A DNA stretch of 64,000 nucleotides, taken from the NCBI RefSeq assembly GCF_006345805.1, contig NC_043007.1:68882001-68946000 (forward strand), read 5' to 3'. The position numbers and the translations under genes were made by a program. The stretch's first letter is position 1. Each line of letters opens with the position of its first letter. Shown piece after piece: positions 13,560 through 28,678 of this stretch. This stretch comes from Octopus sinensis (taxonomy: Eukaryota). The notes under the pieces were generated by a model. That model had not been told where the DNA came from and ran no database searches. It saw only the letters and a program-made list of their open reading frames with translations.

Positions 13560-14460
13560 TCTTTAGTAGACCCTATTAGACATGTTACTGATAAGATGAC
13601 GAATATTATCTTACGGAATTTCTTGCGAAGTTTCATGCAGTAATCTCAGAAGATCTGGCTTTGATCATACTTTCTTGTTCTTTTTATGGAGTGTCCTATC
13701 CATTATGCTCGAGAGGTATTCAATAGGGTTCATATCTGGTGAATGGCTTGACCATGGAAGCTTTTTAATGTCATTCTCTTCCAATTAAATCTTGGGTCAT
13801 TTTAGCCGTTTGACAAGGTACACCATCTTCCATAAATGGTCTTCTTTAATCATTTCACCACTGGAGAAGATTGGAAGAAGTCCTTTCTGCAATATGGACA
13901 TATATTTACCTGAGTTTATGTTTCTCTCACACTGCACCAGCTCTGATCACCCATTGCTCCAAATTGCTCTCCAGACCATCACAGAATAGCTGCCAATGTT
14001 TTCACATGAAATACTTGATCACAGAGTTTCCAGATCCACACTCGACCCACTGTCAAAAATGCAGCAAATATGGGACTCATTGGAGAATGTGTCAGTGTCC
14101 CAAAATGCTAGGTCCTCTCCAACATCTCACTGACCCAATCTTTTCTCCGCTTGATTTTGGCTGGTCAAAGAAGTGCTTTCTTTCTTGTGGCTCTGCCATA
14201 GTAACCAAGTTTGTAGAGATAACTGACAGATGTACTGGGACGGATACCAGCTTATTCTACGTCAGAGGCCTTGCGAAGAGGATTATCCTCCTATCAGAGG
14301 GCCTAGGGGAGGTGATGCAGACTTCTTCCCTCTCTGGTGAATTGCTCAATCACTCTATTAACTTTAGAAAGCAGAATCCAAAGGTTTTCTGCAATTTCAC
14401 GCTATGTCCACCATCAGATTAACCCACAGTATAGCCTCTTTGAAATTCAGACTTCCAAGG
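13560..14460 (-). mobile_element. Degenerate Tc1-like transposase remnant
   Basis: Minus-strand conceptual translation retains FSNES, MEDGVPCQTAK and LPWSSHSPDMNPIEYL (cf. WPxQSPDLNPIE) with stops and frameshifts; boundaries approximate. Confidence 0.75.
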
Positions 14461-14643
14461 CTTCTTATGTATATGGTATGATTAAACAGTCATATATAAA
14501 GTCTGAAACATAAAAAATGTCAATTAATAAAAAATACAAACCTTTACAAGTTAGAATAAACATAAAACGATGTTTTATATGGTATCTATTTACTTCTGTT
14601 ATGCCTCCGTGAGTGTGTTTGTGTGTGCGCGTGTATATATGTG

Positions 14644-14675
<32 letters not shown>

Positions 14676-14689
14676 TGTATGTATGTATG

Positions 14690-14730
<41 letters not shown>

Positions 14731-15454
14731 TATAGTTCTTGAATATCATCCTGAAGACTGATTCAAATATATGTACGAGCGTGTATAATAAAAGTCAATC
14801 TAAAACTGAAATTATTTAATTGAGTGGCCCTCACATAAAATTGTAGAATTATGCCAGTAATAGAATTCGATATTTTTCATGTTGAATTCTCCCAAGACTT
14901 GATATGAAGTCGTGTGTCGAAATATATTATGTCGAGAGAGTCATTATACCAATAGTAAAACACACGACCTGGTTGTATTTGTTTTAGTTTTTATTTATTT
15001 GTAAATTAGTTTCCTTTCTCAAGGTACGACTCTTGATCTCATCATGGTGGGAAGGTTAAACGAGCGAGTTTCAGAGCTATGCCATCGGGGACCTCGAATC
15101 CCTGATAGATCCACCCAAAGTGGACAGGTCTGACAGCGGTGGTGCTAACTGGAGGGCGATGGGGAAGTCCTGGCGGCATCTTTTCCGGAATCCGGTGGTG
15201 TGGGTTCGCGTCTTTGGGCATCCTACGACGGGAAGGCGTAACACGAGGGCTTTCTCCCACCGGTCGTAGACGGTGGCTTATAATGCAGGCGGGAACAGTT
15301 TTCGTGGACTTTGATCATCCCTTGAAACTCACATGAACTCACAACCACGGTGAACTCAATAAGAGCCGGCATAACCCCTCTCAAGTGACTATTGTTACAA
15401 GACAAGACAAGAGTTAACTATTTAACCAGTTAATTAATTTATCAGTTGATTAAT

Positions 15455-15745
15455 TGTGCGGAAATGTGTCTTAGAAATAGGGACCACACCAGCTCGGCAT
15501 CGAGGAAGATTTCTAATCGGCGTAGCTGCAGTACGTGGCTACGCATCAGCAGCCATGGCATGACTAGCTCTCTCTCCAGAGGGCGCTGGTAACAGATGGA
15601 CCGTCTGACCAGTGGAATGCGTCTTTTCAACAGGAAACGGAAAGGTAAATGCTCCAGTCTGGCTAAACGTAGACTGGAGCAAAGCATAACGGCCTGGCGT
15701 GTATTAAGGAGGTTATGTGGTGACATGACCGCATGATCCCACTTT
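15455..15745 (-). mobile_element. Tx1-type LINE ORF2 fragment
   Basis: RLEHLPFRFLLKRRIPLVRRSICYQRPLERELVMPWLLMRSHVLQLRRL aligns by eye with RLERQLFRFLWKGRSPLVKRSVCCQKPLNGGLGMPWLMMRRHALRLRHL of the 30-35 kb element. Confidence 0.8.
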
Positions 15746-16314
15746 CGATCACACTTCGTGGTCTCTTGCATATATATCATTTGTCAGAGTTTCGGAATAG
15801 TTAATGTCGAATGAGCAATGTTTGTTACACCAAAACTTTGCTGAATCACATATGTGCATATGAAGTTGCGTATATACATTCATGCACATTGATTGCTCCC
15901 GCTCAAATGACTGCTGTCTCTTTAAGCTTCCATACGTGGGAAGTACAGCCTGTCAACATCTTCACTGATGTAGAATTTTATGTATGTATGTATGTATGTA
16001 TGTATGTATAAAATATGTGCAAAATATCAACAACATATAAATTCACGTGACTTTAGACAACACGGCAACATGTGTCGATATAATCATTGGAAACTCGTAA
16101 AATATTAATCTTATCTGAATAATTTGTATGCCATAAGTAAGAACAATGATTATAGAAAATTGAAAAATATTTGTGAATAAATTGTATAAAACTGGAAATA
16201 TTTGTTTTTGCGTATTGCTATTAAATCTTACAGATGTTCTCTAACCCTTTGTCTCTCCTTTGCTTTATACACTGTTTTAAAGATCTTGTCCTTCGTCTAG
16301 TCTAATATAATAAC

Positions 16315-16328
16315 GTCTCCATGGCAAC
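16315..16328. promoter_or_regulatory. RFX X-box motif
   Basis: GTCTCCATGGCAAC matches the GTHNYY-AT-RRNAAC X-box consensus; target gene not demonstrated. Confidence 0.45.
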
Positions 16329-16484
16329 AACGTAGCAGTAAAATTTAATTTATTGCATTATACGAAGTTTGCGAATTTTCTAAAATATAGTATAAATAAT
16401 AAGGCCCTTCCTAATATACAAAAATACAATAGTTCTGTAAAAGTAATCGGATTTGGCTTAACTATACGACACACCTAGAGACTA

Positions 16485-16830
16485 TTGGTTTCAAATATTG
16501 CCACACGGCCAACAATTACGAGGCAGGGGGTAAGCACTCAATTAGTACTTACTTTATCGACGCCGAAAGGCAAAGTCGACCTCGGCAGAATGTGAGCTCA
16601 ACGTAAAGACGGACGAAATGCCGCGAAGCATTTTGCCCGGCGTGCTAACGATTCTACCAGCTGATCTCCTTACATGTAGAGAATATTAGTTTCAAATTTT
16701 GACACAATGCCAGCAATTTAGAAGGTAGGTGTAAGTCAAATGCATCAATCCTAATGCTCGACTCATACTTATTTTATCGATTCTGAAGGAATGGAAGACA
16801 AAATCGACGGCGACGGAATTTATGTAACAC
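16485..16830 (-). mobile_element. Two adjacent Nin-domain-like SINE copies (16485-16672, 16686-16830)
   Basis: Reverse-complement of the SINE core and head (GTCGACCTCGGCAGAATGTGAGCTC...CCCGGCGTGCTAACG); the second copy is 5'-truncated. Confidence 0.75.
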
Positions 16831-18354
16831 TTCAAGTAATCAGTTCAAATCAGCATGGAATATATCGTGATCATATTTATTCATTCAGGATGTAATTGCC
16901 ATCGTTAGCAAAGCAAATATATTTTGCCGCCTTGAAACGTGTTTTCTGATTCCGCGGCCAAAAAAAAAAAAAAGTTCTTTAGAAGAGAAAGATGTTTGGA
17001 ATATCATTTCGACATCATTCTTGCTTCCGAATATTTTTCTTTTTTTTCCACTATTAAAGTGACCTGAATTAGTAAAAATTTAATGGCGTTAGTTCTAAGA
17101 GTAAGAAGGGTGTTCAAGAGATCTCCAACCTAATGAATTTCCCTTTCCTAAGGTTATCTTCACTGAATATGGCTTATCATTATTATGTTGCACGCTGTCT
17201 CCCACACTTGTCTTCTGTAAACACTTTCTCCATCTGCTTGAAGTCACCTTGCTCTGCGGCTGATAGTTTATTTGGCCTCCGGCATAAATCCCCGATACTT
17301 TGGACTAGATTCTCTTCTAATATGACGTCAGACTACTCGCTTGAAAATATGGCATAACTTTTTGGTGCGCCTAATATATCTACTGCATGATACGTCGAAA
17401 CTTTTGTTACACAACCGCGGTCTGAACACCGACATAGATCTACGATAAATATTTTTCAAATAATAGTGTCAAATTTATTTAACTGTAAGTTCATATGAAT
17501 TTCAGTATGTTTTTTATATCTTGTTGAACTTATGGACATTCTATATATGTTATATTTATTTTGGTTAACTTTGATCACTTGATACCGGTCGTTATTAGGC
17601 ATTTCCATGTTTTATTCTTTTCTCTCTTTTGAGCGTCGTATGTATCATTGTCGCCATTCCTCTTACACACGCGCACAAGCTCATGTACATATATATAGTG
17701 TTATATTACACTGCATTATGTATTATGTATGCGTATGCATGTGTGTGTGTATGTGTGTGTGTTGTGTTGTGTATGTGTATTGCGTTGTGTAGGCGTAGTA
17801 TAGATGAATGGTTACGAGGTGACACTAGGGCACATAATAGAAAAATCAAGAATTAGGAAGAAACAATAACATTTTCGCTAAGAAGATACCCACGTCTATT
17901 TCACACATATGTTTCACTCTAATCTGACCTTTGTAAAGCTTGTAATTTATCTTTATATTTTTCCGGACAATCATACAGCTTCCCTCCATCAGCTAATCAC
18001 TACAAGCTCAAGTCATTACTCTGGTACCTATTTCTACTACCACATGTTCTCCTCAGCAACATTAGGTTTAATAATTACACATTGGTAGCAAGTGTGGATT
18101 GCGTAATTTCTAATTTTGCTCTATGTATATAAATGATACGATACACTCCAACCCGAATTCAACGACACTCACACACACATTATATATATATATAGTTACG
18201 TTATATTCCGTTAGGAATGTGGTAAAGTACAGTATAAACCTCGTCCATCTTCAGAATTACGCAGTACTATCGGTAGTATTATTACATATTTCCTAGTTTA
18301 AATTTGGGCATTCATCATGTGTGAATATAAAAATTGAAGAAGAGATAAGGTTAG

Positions 18355-18776
18355 ACATTTATTTATTATTCGCTACAATTTGACGCAACGTAGTTCTCCA
18401 AGAATACAAGTATTTGATTATGCAACTGTTTGTTTGCATAATGAGACCTAGTTGTGTTTTCTCAGACGATATACGCGTGTTGTCTCTGTTACTTTGAAAT
18501 CGTCGACTTCAAGGCCATCTCCTCTGTCCATCGTGGTTTGAATATATTAGCGTCTACTAAAGCGGATCTATCAGCCGCTACTAAATTCAAACCAGGACGA
18601 ACAGAGGAAATGGTCCAGAAGTCGACGATCATAAACTAACGGAGACAACACTCGTATATTGCCTGAGGAAACAAACTAGATCGCATTATGCAAATAAACA
18701 GTTGCATAATCAAATACCTGAGTTCTTGGAGAACTACGTTGCGTCGAAACAATTGTAACGAATAATAGATAAATGT
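18355..18776. mobile_element. 422-bp imperfect palindrome (MITE-like)
   Basis: ~200-bp arms (ACATTTAT...GGTTTGAAT...TAGCG / CGCTA...ATTCAAACC...ATAAATGT) around a ~23-nt loop; no TSD recognised. Confidence 0.7.
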
Positions 18777-18845
18777 TCCAACCGTACTCCTTCTTGATTC
18801 CCGTTTCTTCAATATATATATATGTATGTGTGTGTGTGTGTGTGT

Positions 18846-18878
<33 letters not shown>

Positions 18879-19139
18879 TTATTTATATATATTATTATTA
18901 CAAATTTAGGATTTTACCAATAGGACCACAACTTCAAATTCAGGACAACCTCATTTTCTGGAGTACACATAGAAAGTTATATCCAAAATACTAATCTAAT
19001 AATATAATCATTTTAAATCCTACTATATCGTACAATAAAATAAAGTACATTAGAATTAATTAAAAGTTATATAAACATTAAAAAATATATATATACCTTA
19101 CCTGTTATTAGTCTGTGGGGAAAGAAGATAATATTAATG

Positions 19140-19232
19140 AACGCTACACGTGTTTCTACGCTGGTGGTTTGTTTTACCAGTCTATTAGGTATACTTAATA
19201 CATAAATCCACCAGTGCGTCCTCAGGCTATTT
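19140..19232 (-). ncRNA. Partly decayed type-I hammerhead ribozyme
   Basis: AATAGC-CTGAGGA-CGCACTGGTGG...CCACCAGCGTA-GAA-ACACGTGT-A-GCGTT; stem II 9/11 paired, palindromic stem III, GUA triplet, weak stem I. Confidence 0.6.
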
Positions 19233-19342
19233 TTCTTTATATTATTATATTATTATTATTAATGGATCCTACTTAATCATACAAATTCTAAGATATCTTC
19301 ATTAAAAATAATAAAAATAAGAATATCTATTTATATATATAA

Positions 19343-19585
19343 TTTCCTAATATATTTTTACAAAATTTAAAAGATTTTTAAAATTAAAAAATTAAAAAAT
19401 TTTAAAAATTGATAAAAATTTATAAAATTAAACACCTAAAAACATAATAATGATATATCTATATATATATATATATATCATTATTATGTTTTTAGGTGTT
19501 TAATTTTATAAAATTTATCATTTTTAAAATTTTTAATTTTTAATTTTAAAAATCTTTTAAATTTTGTAAAAAATATATTAGGAAA
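19343..19585. repeat. AT-rich fold-back centred on a (TA)n tract
   Basis: ~115-bp near-perfect inverted arms (TTTCCTAATATA...CATAATAATGATA / TATCATTATTATG...TATATTAGGAAA). Confidence 0.85.
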
Positions 19586-19616
19586 TATATCTATATAATA
19601 TATATATATATATATA

Positions 19617-21589
<1,973 letters not shown>

Positions 21590-22134
21590 ATATGAATGTA
21601 CATATATATGTAATGAGTTTGTGTATTTTCTTATTGATATAATTTATAAGTTTCAATATCTTGTAATATAAGACATTTATATAGAAAAATCAATAAAAGT
21701 TTACGGAATCATTTAAATGAATATATTTGTCTATAAGAACGAAGTTTGTGTTTATATCGATGTGCAAGGGTACGTGTACGTGTGTGTGTGTGTGTGTGTG
21801 TGAGCGTGGGCGTGTGTATGTGTGCGTGTAAGACGGTATGCATATATATATTTATGGGTAAAGAAAATCATATGTAGATTCCTTTACCAAATATACACAA
21901 ATAGATGCATAAAAAGACGTTCGTATCCATTTATTGATTCACACATAAAAATGTTTTAAGTTGATACTTATAGAATATGTCAATATTAGAGGACACATAC
22001 ACAAACATATACAAACGGCGTTTATACATACAGATGCATATATGTGTCTGTATATATATATGTGTGTGTCTGTGTGTGTATACATATATATATATATACA
22101 TATATATATATGTATGTGCTTATTCCGGTGTATG

Positions 22135-22187
<53 letters not shown>

Positions 22188-22214
22188 TTAAATATATACA
22201 TATATATACTATAT

Positions 22215-22259
<45 letters not shown>

Positions 22260-22855
22260 AATCAAATAGGTAAACTTTTTGATGGGTCGATATGCAGATA
22301 CATAGGGGAGAGAGAGAGAGAATTAAAGGTATGTATATATGTAAGTGCATATATACTTGTGACACAGATTATATGTCTGGATGTTTGTGTTTGGTGAAAT
22401 TTATAAATTGTTGTGATGTACAAGGATATATTCGTGTATAATGTTTCAGATGTTTTTGTTCGGTATGGTAAAGCCATTCCGGAGGTCTGAGCAGACTGTG
22501 GTAAATTAATGAGGTCGATACCATTTTAAAGCCAATTCAAATTTCCTTAGTTGATATATATGTCCACCGAATCAGATTTATTCTTTATTCATTTCTTCTA
22601 TTTTTATTTTCGTTATTCGACTGCTGCGGTTAACCTTGGAGTCAGCCGAGATTTTAGCTGATCAAATTGACTCCAAGATTATTTTATGTGTAGTACATAA
22701 TCTGACGCCCTCTTATTGCTCAACTACTAAGTTTTGTGGATATAAACAGATCAGAACAGACAAAACCAAGCATGGAGATCACACACACATGCACGTACGT
22801 ACGTATATACCTGCATATATATAAATCATATATAATTCATACACACACGTATACA

Positions 22856-22886
<31 letters not shown>

Positions 22887-22887
22887 G

Positions 22888-22918
<31 letters not shown>

Positions 22919-22974
22919 ATGTATATGTATATGGTAGTTTGGTGGTTGTGTACTCCTTATGCAGAGTTTGACCA

Positions 22975-25900
22975 CCACCTGTACCTACACCTTAGAACCA
23001 TCATGGCATCAGACGTGGCTTTTTAAACCAGACAATATTCTGAAAAGACACCTACACAGATTGCATATTCGATTTGGACCACTAAGAGGTGCAGATAAGT
23101 TCTGATCTTTGTGGATCTTAACATGTCTTTTGAGGCCTCCGTTAAATTTGCAAACCTTCTAGCGTACATTGCATTCAAAGTTGTGCACAGACATATAAGC
23201 AGAATAGCTGGTGGAGGTTAGTTTTCCATGGGTTCACAAATGAGATTTGAGCCCAGCAAAAGAAAAGCATTGTCCGTCACAAACTGTGCACAAAAAAGAT
23301 CATTGTGATTCACCTTCTCGATCGTAACATTCTTCCTTAAATCTTCTTTGAGTCTTGCAAGCGTTATCCTGGCCTCTTCAAACGCTTTCACTCCACTCCA
23401 CACTTTTGTTCGTTATCCAGCTCGATCCGAAGCAAAAGTTTCTATGTCATCTGGTTCCATTCCAAGTGACTTCATAGTAATCCTTATGCCGTTCTTAAAC
23501 CTTTTTTTAGGTTTACGCCGATAGCGTTTCCCCTCTGGAAGCTCACCATAAAACAACTATTTGGGCATGCGTTCATCCACCATTCGAACAATATGGCTAC
23601 ACCAGCTCAGTTGCTTTCTCAGAATTATAGCTTTAATTGAGGCGATGCTTGCAGATGCAAAGACATCTGTTTTTGGTGGAATTGTTCTAACAATTTAAAA
23701 TATCTTTCATAACAAGTTCATGTTTCACAAGAATACAACAGGGATGATAAGACAAATGATTTGTAAGGAACCAACTTTCTATTGTTATTTATGTGTCGCT
23801 GGCGCCAAACACGTGACACCAATCCACCATATGCTTTTGCAGTCCTTTCAATTCGCAGATGTATTTCTGTATCAAGATTTCCATCATTTTGAAAAGACCT
23901 TCGAAGGCAGATGAACGAATCAGCAACCTCAACAGCCCTTAACAAAAGGTTTAGTGGGGTTACAAACAGCACCATACTCAGGTTGATGCATTACAACTGT
24001 TTTTTTTTTATTTTTTCAAGTTGATGGTCAAGCCCAAATCATCACAAGCTGACTCAAATGCCGATACAAGAGATTGCAGACCTGTTTCAGAATAACTGAC
24101 AAGATCGCAATCGTCAGTGTATAAAAGTTCACTAATGAGTGAAGTAAAAACCTTCGTCTTGAATTTCAGTCTGGTCAGATTAAAAACATTCCCTGTTGTT
24201 CGATATTGTATATAAATACCCTCCTCAGAGCTTTGAAAAGCCTGTGACAACACAACAGCAAAGTATATTGCAAGGAGGGTGGGTGCATCAAGGTCTCCTT
24301 GCTTTATTCCATTTTCCACGGCAAAAAATTCAGAGAGCCTACCAACAAAACTTATCTTGATACAAAATCATATCTTGATGCAAAACCTTGATCATGTTTA
24401 GAAATTTTTCTGGGTAACCTATTTTCCTTTGAATTAGCCACAGAGCATTTCGATTAACAGTAGCGAATGCTTTTCTCAAATCAACAAAGCAATGATATAG
24501 GGCAAGATTCTGTTCAATGCACTTTTCTTGAAATTGTCTGATAGTAAAGATACAATCAGCTTTGCCACTGGAGGAACGAAAACTACACTGAAACTCAGAC
24601 ACTATATTTGGAACTATCAGACCCTGGAGATTTATTGTCATTCAGCTTATTCACAGCTAAATAAATGTCATTTAGAGTTTGTTCAAATGCCATCTCTTCT
24701 ATAACTGGAAAATGTTCGATTTTTTTTATCATGATCATGTCAGCAGATGATGATCTATTCGAAAGTGCAGAAAAATGTTCTACCTAGCGCTTATGAATTG
24801 AAGCGGCGTCAGTCAGAAGCAAACGTCTATTTGCCGTTCTCACTGTATCTGTTGAAGATTTTGGGCCATATACCTCCTTAACATAAGAGTACAAACCTTT
24901 GACATCATTTCTGTCAGCTGCTTCTAGTGCCCTTTTGCTCTAGCATTCTACCATTCCTGTTTAATTTTCCTCAGAGCAGTCTGCACTTTCCCTTTCAGCT
25001 TTCTGTAAACTTCGCTTGTGCTGGGGTTCAAGAACTGAGAAGGGAGTGTATTGCCTAAGTTTTGTTTTTCTAAAAGTAGATCATGAATTTCTGCTGATCT
25101 ATCTGAGAACCAGTCACTGGAGTTACGTGATTTAAATCCCACTGACGAACTTCCAGACTGAAATACGTTTCTTTCAAAATCTTCCCATAGATTGTTTGGG
25201 TCAAGATTGATACTTTCTATAGGATCGTTGAATCTTTGCAAGTTCCTTGATAATTTAAAGTTTGCAACATTGAATTTCTTGGTTACCTTAGGACCAGCCT
25301 GTCGATTTTTAGGCATTATCGAAAAACATTTTCCACGCACCCGACAATGGTCAGTCTTACTCTCTGCTCCTCTCATGACCCGAATGCTAGAAACATATTT
25401 TATATCACGTTTCTGATCAAAATATAATCTAAGAGATGCCATTGCTTAGATCTTGGGTGCATCCAGGTGGTTTTATATATATATTTTCTGCTTAAACAGA
25501 GTGTTGGTAACAAACAAATTATTCTCTGTACAAAATGTCAAGAGAGCTACTCCATTTTTATTACATTTTCTAATTCCATGTCGACCTAAAACAGGCCATG
25601 GAATGTAGTCCTTTCCAAAATTGCGTTGAAATCTCCCAATATGACTAGCTTGTCAGAAATTGGTACTTTCCTCAATAACTGTGCTAGATCATCATAAAAT
25701 TGTCCTAAAGTTTCATCAAAATAGGACATTGTTGATGCATAAATACTGACAACGGCAAGAAACCTACCTATTGACAGTTTAATACGGCATGACATGGTTC
25801 GTTCAGAGACACCACTTGGAAGCTCGGCAATGAAGGATACTAATGAATTCTTGAGAGCCAAACCAGCACCAGCTTCTCTACGTTGACGCTTAGGTAGGCC

Positions 25901-26225
25901 TCTCCAAATGATAGTGTATCCATAAGTGGGTTCATTTACTTGACCCTCACCAGAGAAACGAGTTTCAGAGAGTGCAACTATATCAAGGACATATTTCTTA
26001 AGCTCACATGCTTTCTGGCCTCTTGTTGAAATTATCATCAAGAAGTGTGCGCACATTCCAGCCAAAATTCAAAGGATGTTTATTTTTACTTTATCTTGAA
26101 GATTGTTTGACCACAGTGGCAGGATGGCGACCGGGCCCAGCCTGCGATACACTGGGACACCTGCTGAGCCAGACCTGTTCCCTTGACGTTCCCAAGCCTT
26201 TTTTGCCATTTACTGAATGCGCTTG
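22975..26225 (-). mobile_element. Degenerate RTE-clade LINE (APE endonuclease + reverse transcriptase)
   Basis: DIVALSETRFSGEG, VSIYAST, LVILGDFNA (EN); FVDLRKAFATVNR, GIKQG, LLYTDDCDL (RT); many stops and frameshifts; ends approximate. Confidence 0.9.
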
Positions 26226-26347
26226 AGACATTTAGACTAAGTTACAATTGCATTTTTAGGTTTCTGCCAACAAACCAAAAGTAAGATATGCAATATCAAA
26301 ATATAAATAAAGATTTAGATATAAATTATATATATATAAGAAAAATA

Positions 26348-26420
<73 letters not shown>

Positions 26421-27427
26421 AGAAAAGATAAACATATATATATATACATATAAGAAAAAAGAAATATTCGAAATAACATCTTTAGGTGAGACAAGCTGAC
26501 ACTGAATCAGCTTCGCTGACTGACAGGTGATGGTAGTTTGGAAAATGCGCGGGCTAAAGCTATGCGCCTTCACTAGTCAGTTAAGGTGGGAGAGTGTCAC
26601 GTGACACTCTTGCTGGGGCTGCCTGCTGGAGGCTAGCGGCAGGTATTTAAAGGGGGAATTTGACAAGTCAGTTAGTCACTGACTGACACTCGCTGACGAT
26701 ACATCGAAGAGGCCAGGGAACAGAAGAAAGAAGGAGAAAGAAGACATGCACCCAACACCAGAGCTGAAGACACCTCCAAAAAGGCGGGCACCACGTCAAA
26801 ACAGTAGAGGAGTAGGGGCCGAAACCGGACGTGGTTCCTCCTGATGATGTCTTGAGCTAACTGGATCCTATAAAGGAGCTGTTGTGGTAGCAGACCACGA
26901 AACTTGGTTGTAACTCCTCCTGCTGGAACATTACACCATGTTCTCTTGTTAGTGTCTCAGAAAAGTACTTATGACCGTACAAAAGTGACCTACAAAAACG
27001 ATGATGAGAAAAATTATACTGGCCTGCCTAGGAGAACAGTTAAATATAGGTGCAACCAGCATAAACAGTACATCAATACATTATCTCGGAATGTTGGTAA
27101 ACTGTTAATGTGACATACAGAAAAATTAAGGTCGAATAATTTATTGTTAAAAATTGAGGTTGAATAATTTATTGTTAAAGCTGTTGTACGGTGTGTTGAA
27201 TTGCGGACTGTTAATTAGAGAAAATTTCAGACATGAACTTTTAGACAGGAAATGCGATAAATTCAGCGGAGTATCAAAACTAATCACTAGTTGTCGCCAT
27301 TAGAAAATGCATATCTTGTGATATTTAGACTACCTCTAGAATAATATTCTATAACCTACTTCTGCTGACAAAATTATATATACATGAATACACGCACACA
27401 CACGCACACACACACACACGCACACAC

Positions 27428-27458
<31 letters not shown>

Positions 27459-27463
27459 TACAT

Positions 27464-27559
<96 letters not shown>

Positions 27560-27849
27560 ATATATATGAATGTATGTATGTACGTATGCATGTATATGTA
27601 CGAGTATATATTTAGATATGTATATGCATATATATATTTTTATGTATTGTATATCTATAAAATCTAAATACACGTGTATAAATATATACATATCTGTTCG
27701 TGTGTATGTATATTATTAAATTTCTCAGCCAGTGTTAGGATAATACGCATAGATGTCACCGCTGAGATTTCAAACTAGAATGAAAGATTACAAGACTAAA
27801 TATTGTAAGAAATATTATTCTTTGCTCCATCAATTGGTTTCTGTTTTTT

Positions 27850-28220
27850 ATTACCTCCGCCTTAGCGAAGCCGGGGATATTGTTTTCAGTAGTGTTTGTT
27901 TGATTGTTTGTTTGTCGCGGAGAAGTTGTCTCGAGAACTGTTGGATGGATTCGAATCAAACTTTCAGGGATGTTTGGCCTCGTGACTGGCACGAACTGAT
28001 TAGATATTGGCATTGATCCGGTACCGAAAAAGGGTTCTGATTATTTTTTTTTTTTTTTTTAATTTTTGAGAGCGGTCGGGTTCACTTTTAGCATTCTCGT
28101 TTGTGAGTGAAATCGAGATTATTTCAGATATTCTCATTTCAAAAATCATCTCTGGCTAAATAATTGAGAGGTCGCTGGTGTTGCCTTGGGGGAGATTTGC
28201 GCTCTCTGAGTGCTCTTGTT
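27850..28220 (+). mobile_element. Helentron-associated non-autonomous element (HINE/DINE-like)
   Basis: 5' TTATTACCTCCGCC followed by GTTT-type repeats, 3' subterminal inverted repeat CCTTGGGGGAG and stem-loop GCGCTCTCTGAGTGC, TT flanks. Confidence 0.65.
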
Positions 28221-28237
28221 AATATTTTTTTCTAGAG

Positions 28238-28664
28238 GGCGGTGGGCTGGCAAAATCGTTAGCATGCCGTGCAAAATGTTTAGCGGCATTTCGTCTGTCT
28301 CTACATTCTGAGTTCGAATTCCTATTATCCTTCTGAGTCAATAATGTAAGTCAATAATGTAAGTACCAATTCAGTTCTGGGGTCGATGTAATCGATTTAT
28401 CCCCTCTGCCGAAATTGCTAACCTAGTGCCCAAATTTGAAATCAATATTCCTTTCTAGTATTGGCACAAGGCTTGAATCTTTTTTGGAGAGGGCTAGTCG
28501 ATTATATCGATCCTAGTGTTTGATTGGCACTTATTTTCCTCGACAGCCAAAAGGATGCGAAGTAAAGTCGACCTCGGCGGAATTTGAACACAAAATGTAA
28601 AGAAGGACGAAATGGTACAAAACAATTTGTTCGGCGTGCTTACAATTTTACCAGCTCGCCGCCT
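28238..28664. mobile_element. Tail-to-tail pair of Nin-domain-like SINEs (28238-28445 +; 28459-28664 -)
   Basis: Both have a head (GGCGG.GRGCTGG) and core; the + copy is flanked by an imperfect 15-nt TSD (AATATT...TTCTAG). Confidence 0.8.
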
Positions 28665-28678
28665 CAAGAAATTTATAG

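Noticed and set aside
17607-17690. Possible signal-peptide exon (MFYSFLSLSVVCIIVAIPLTHA) for the 28.7-kb gene
   Set aside because: Requires assuming a frameshift in a T-run and has no convincing donor site.
26760-26920. Hammerhead-like words (CTGAAGA, GAAACC..GGT, CTGATGA, GAAAC..GTA)
   Set aside because: No combination gives stems I and II in register with the core.
26595-27115. Solo LTR call (TG...CA ends)
   Set aside because: No matching 4-6 bp TSD (GAGAG vs TACAG); kept only as an unclassified segment.
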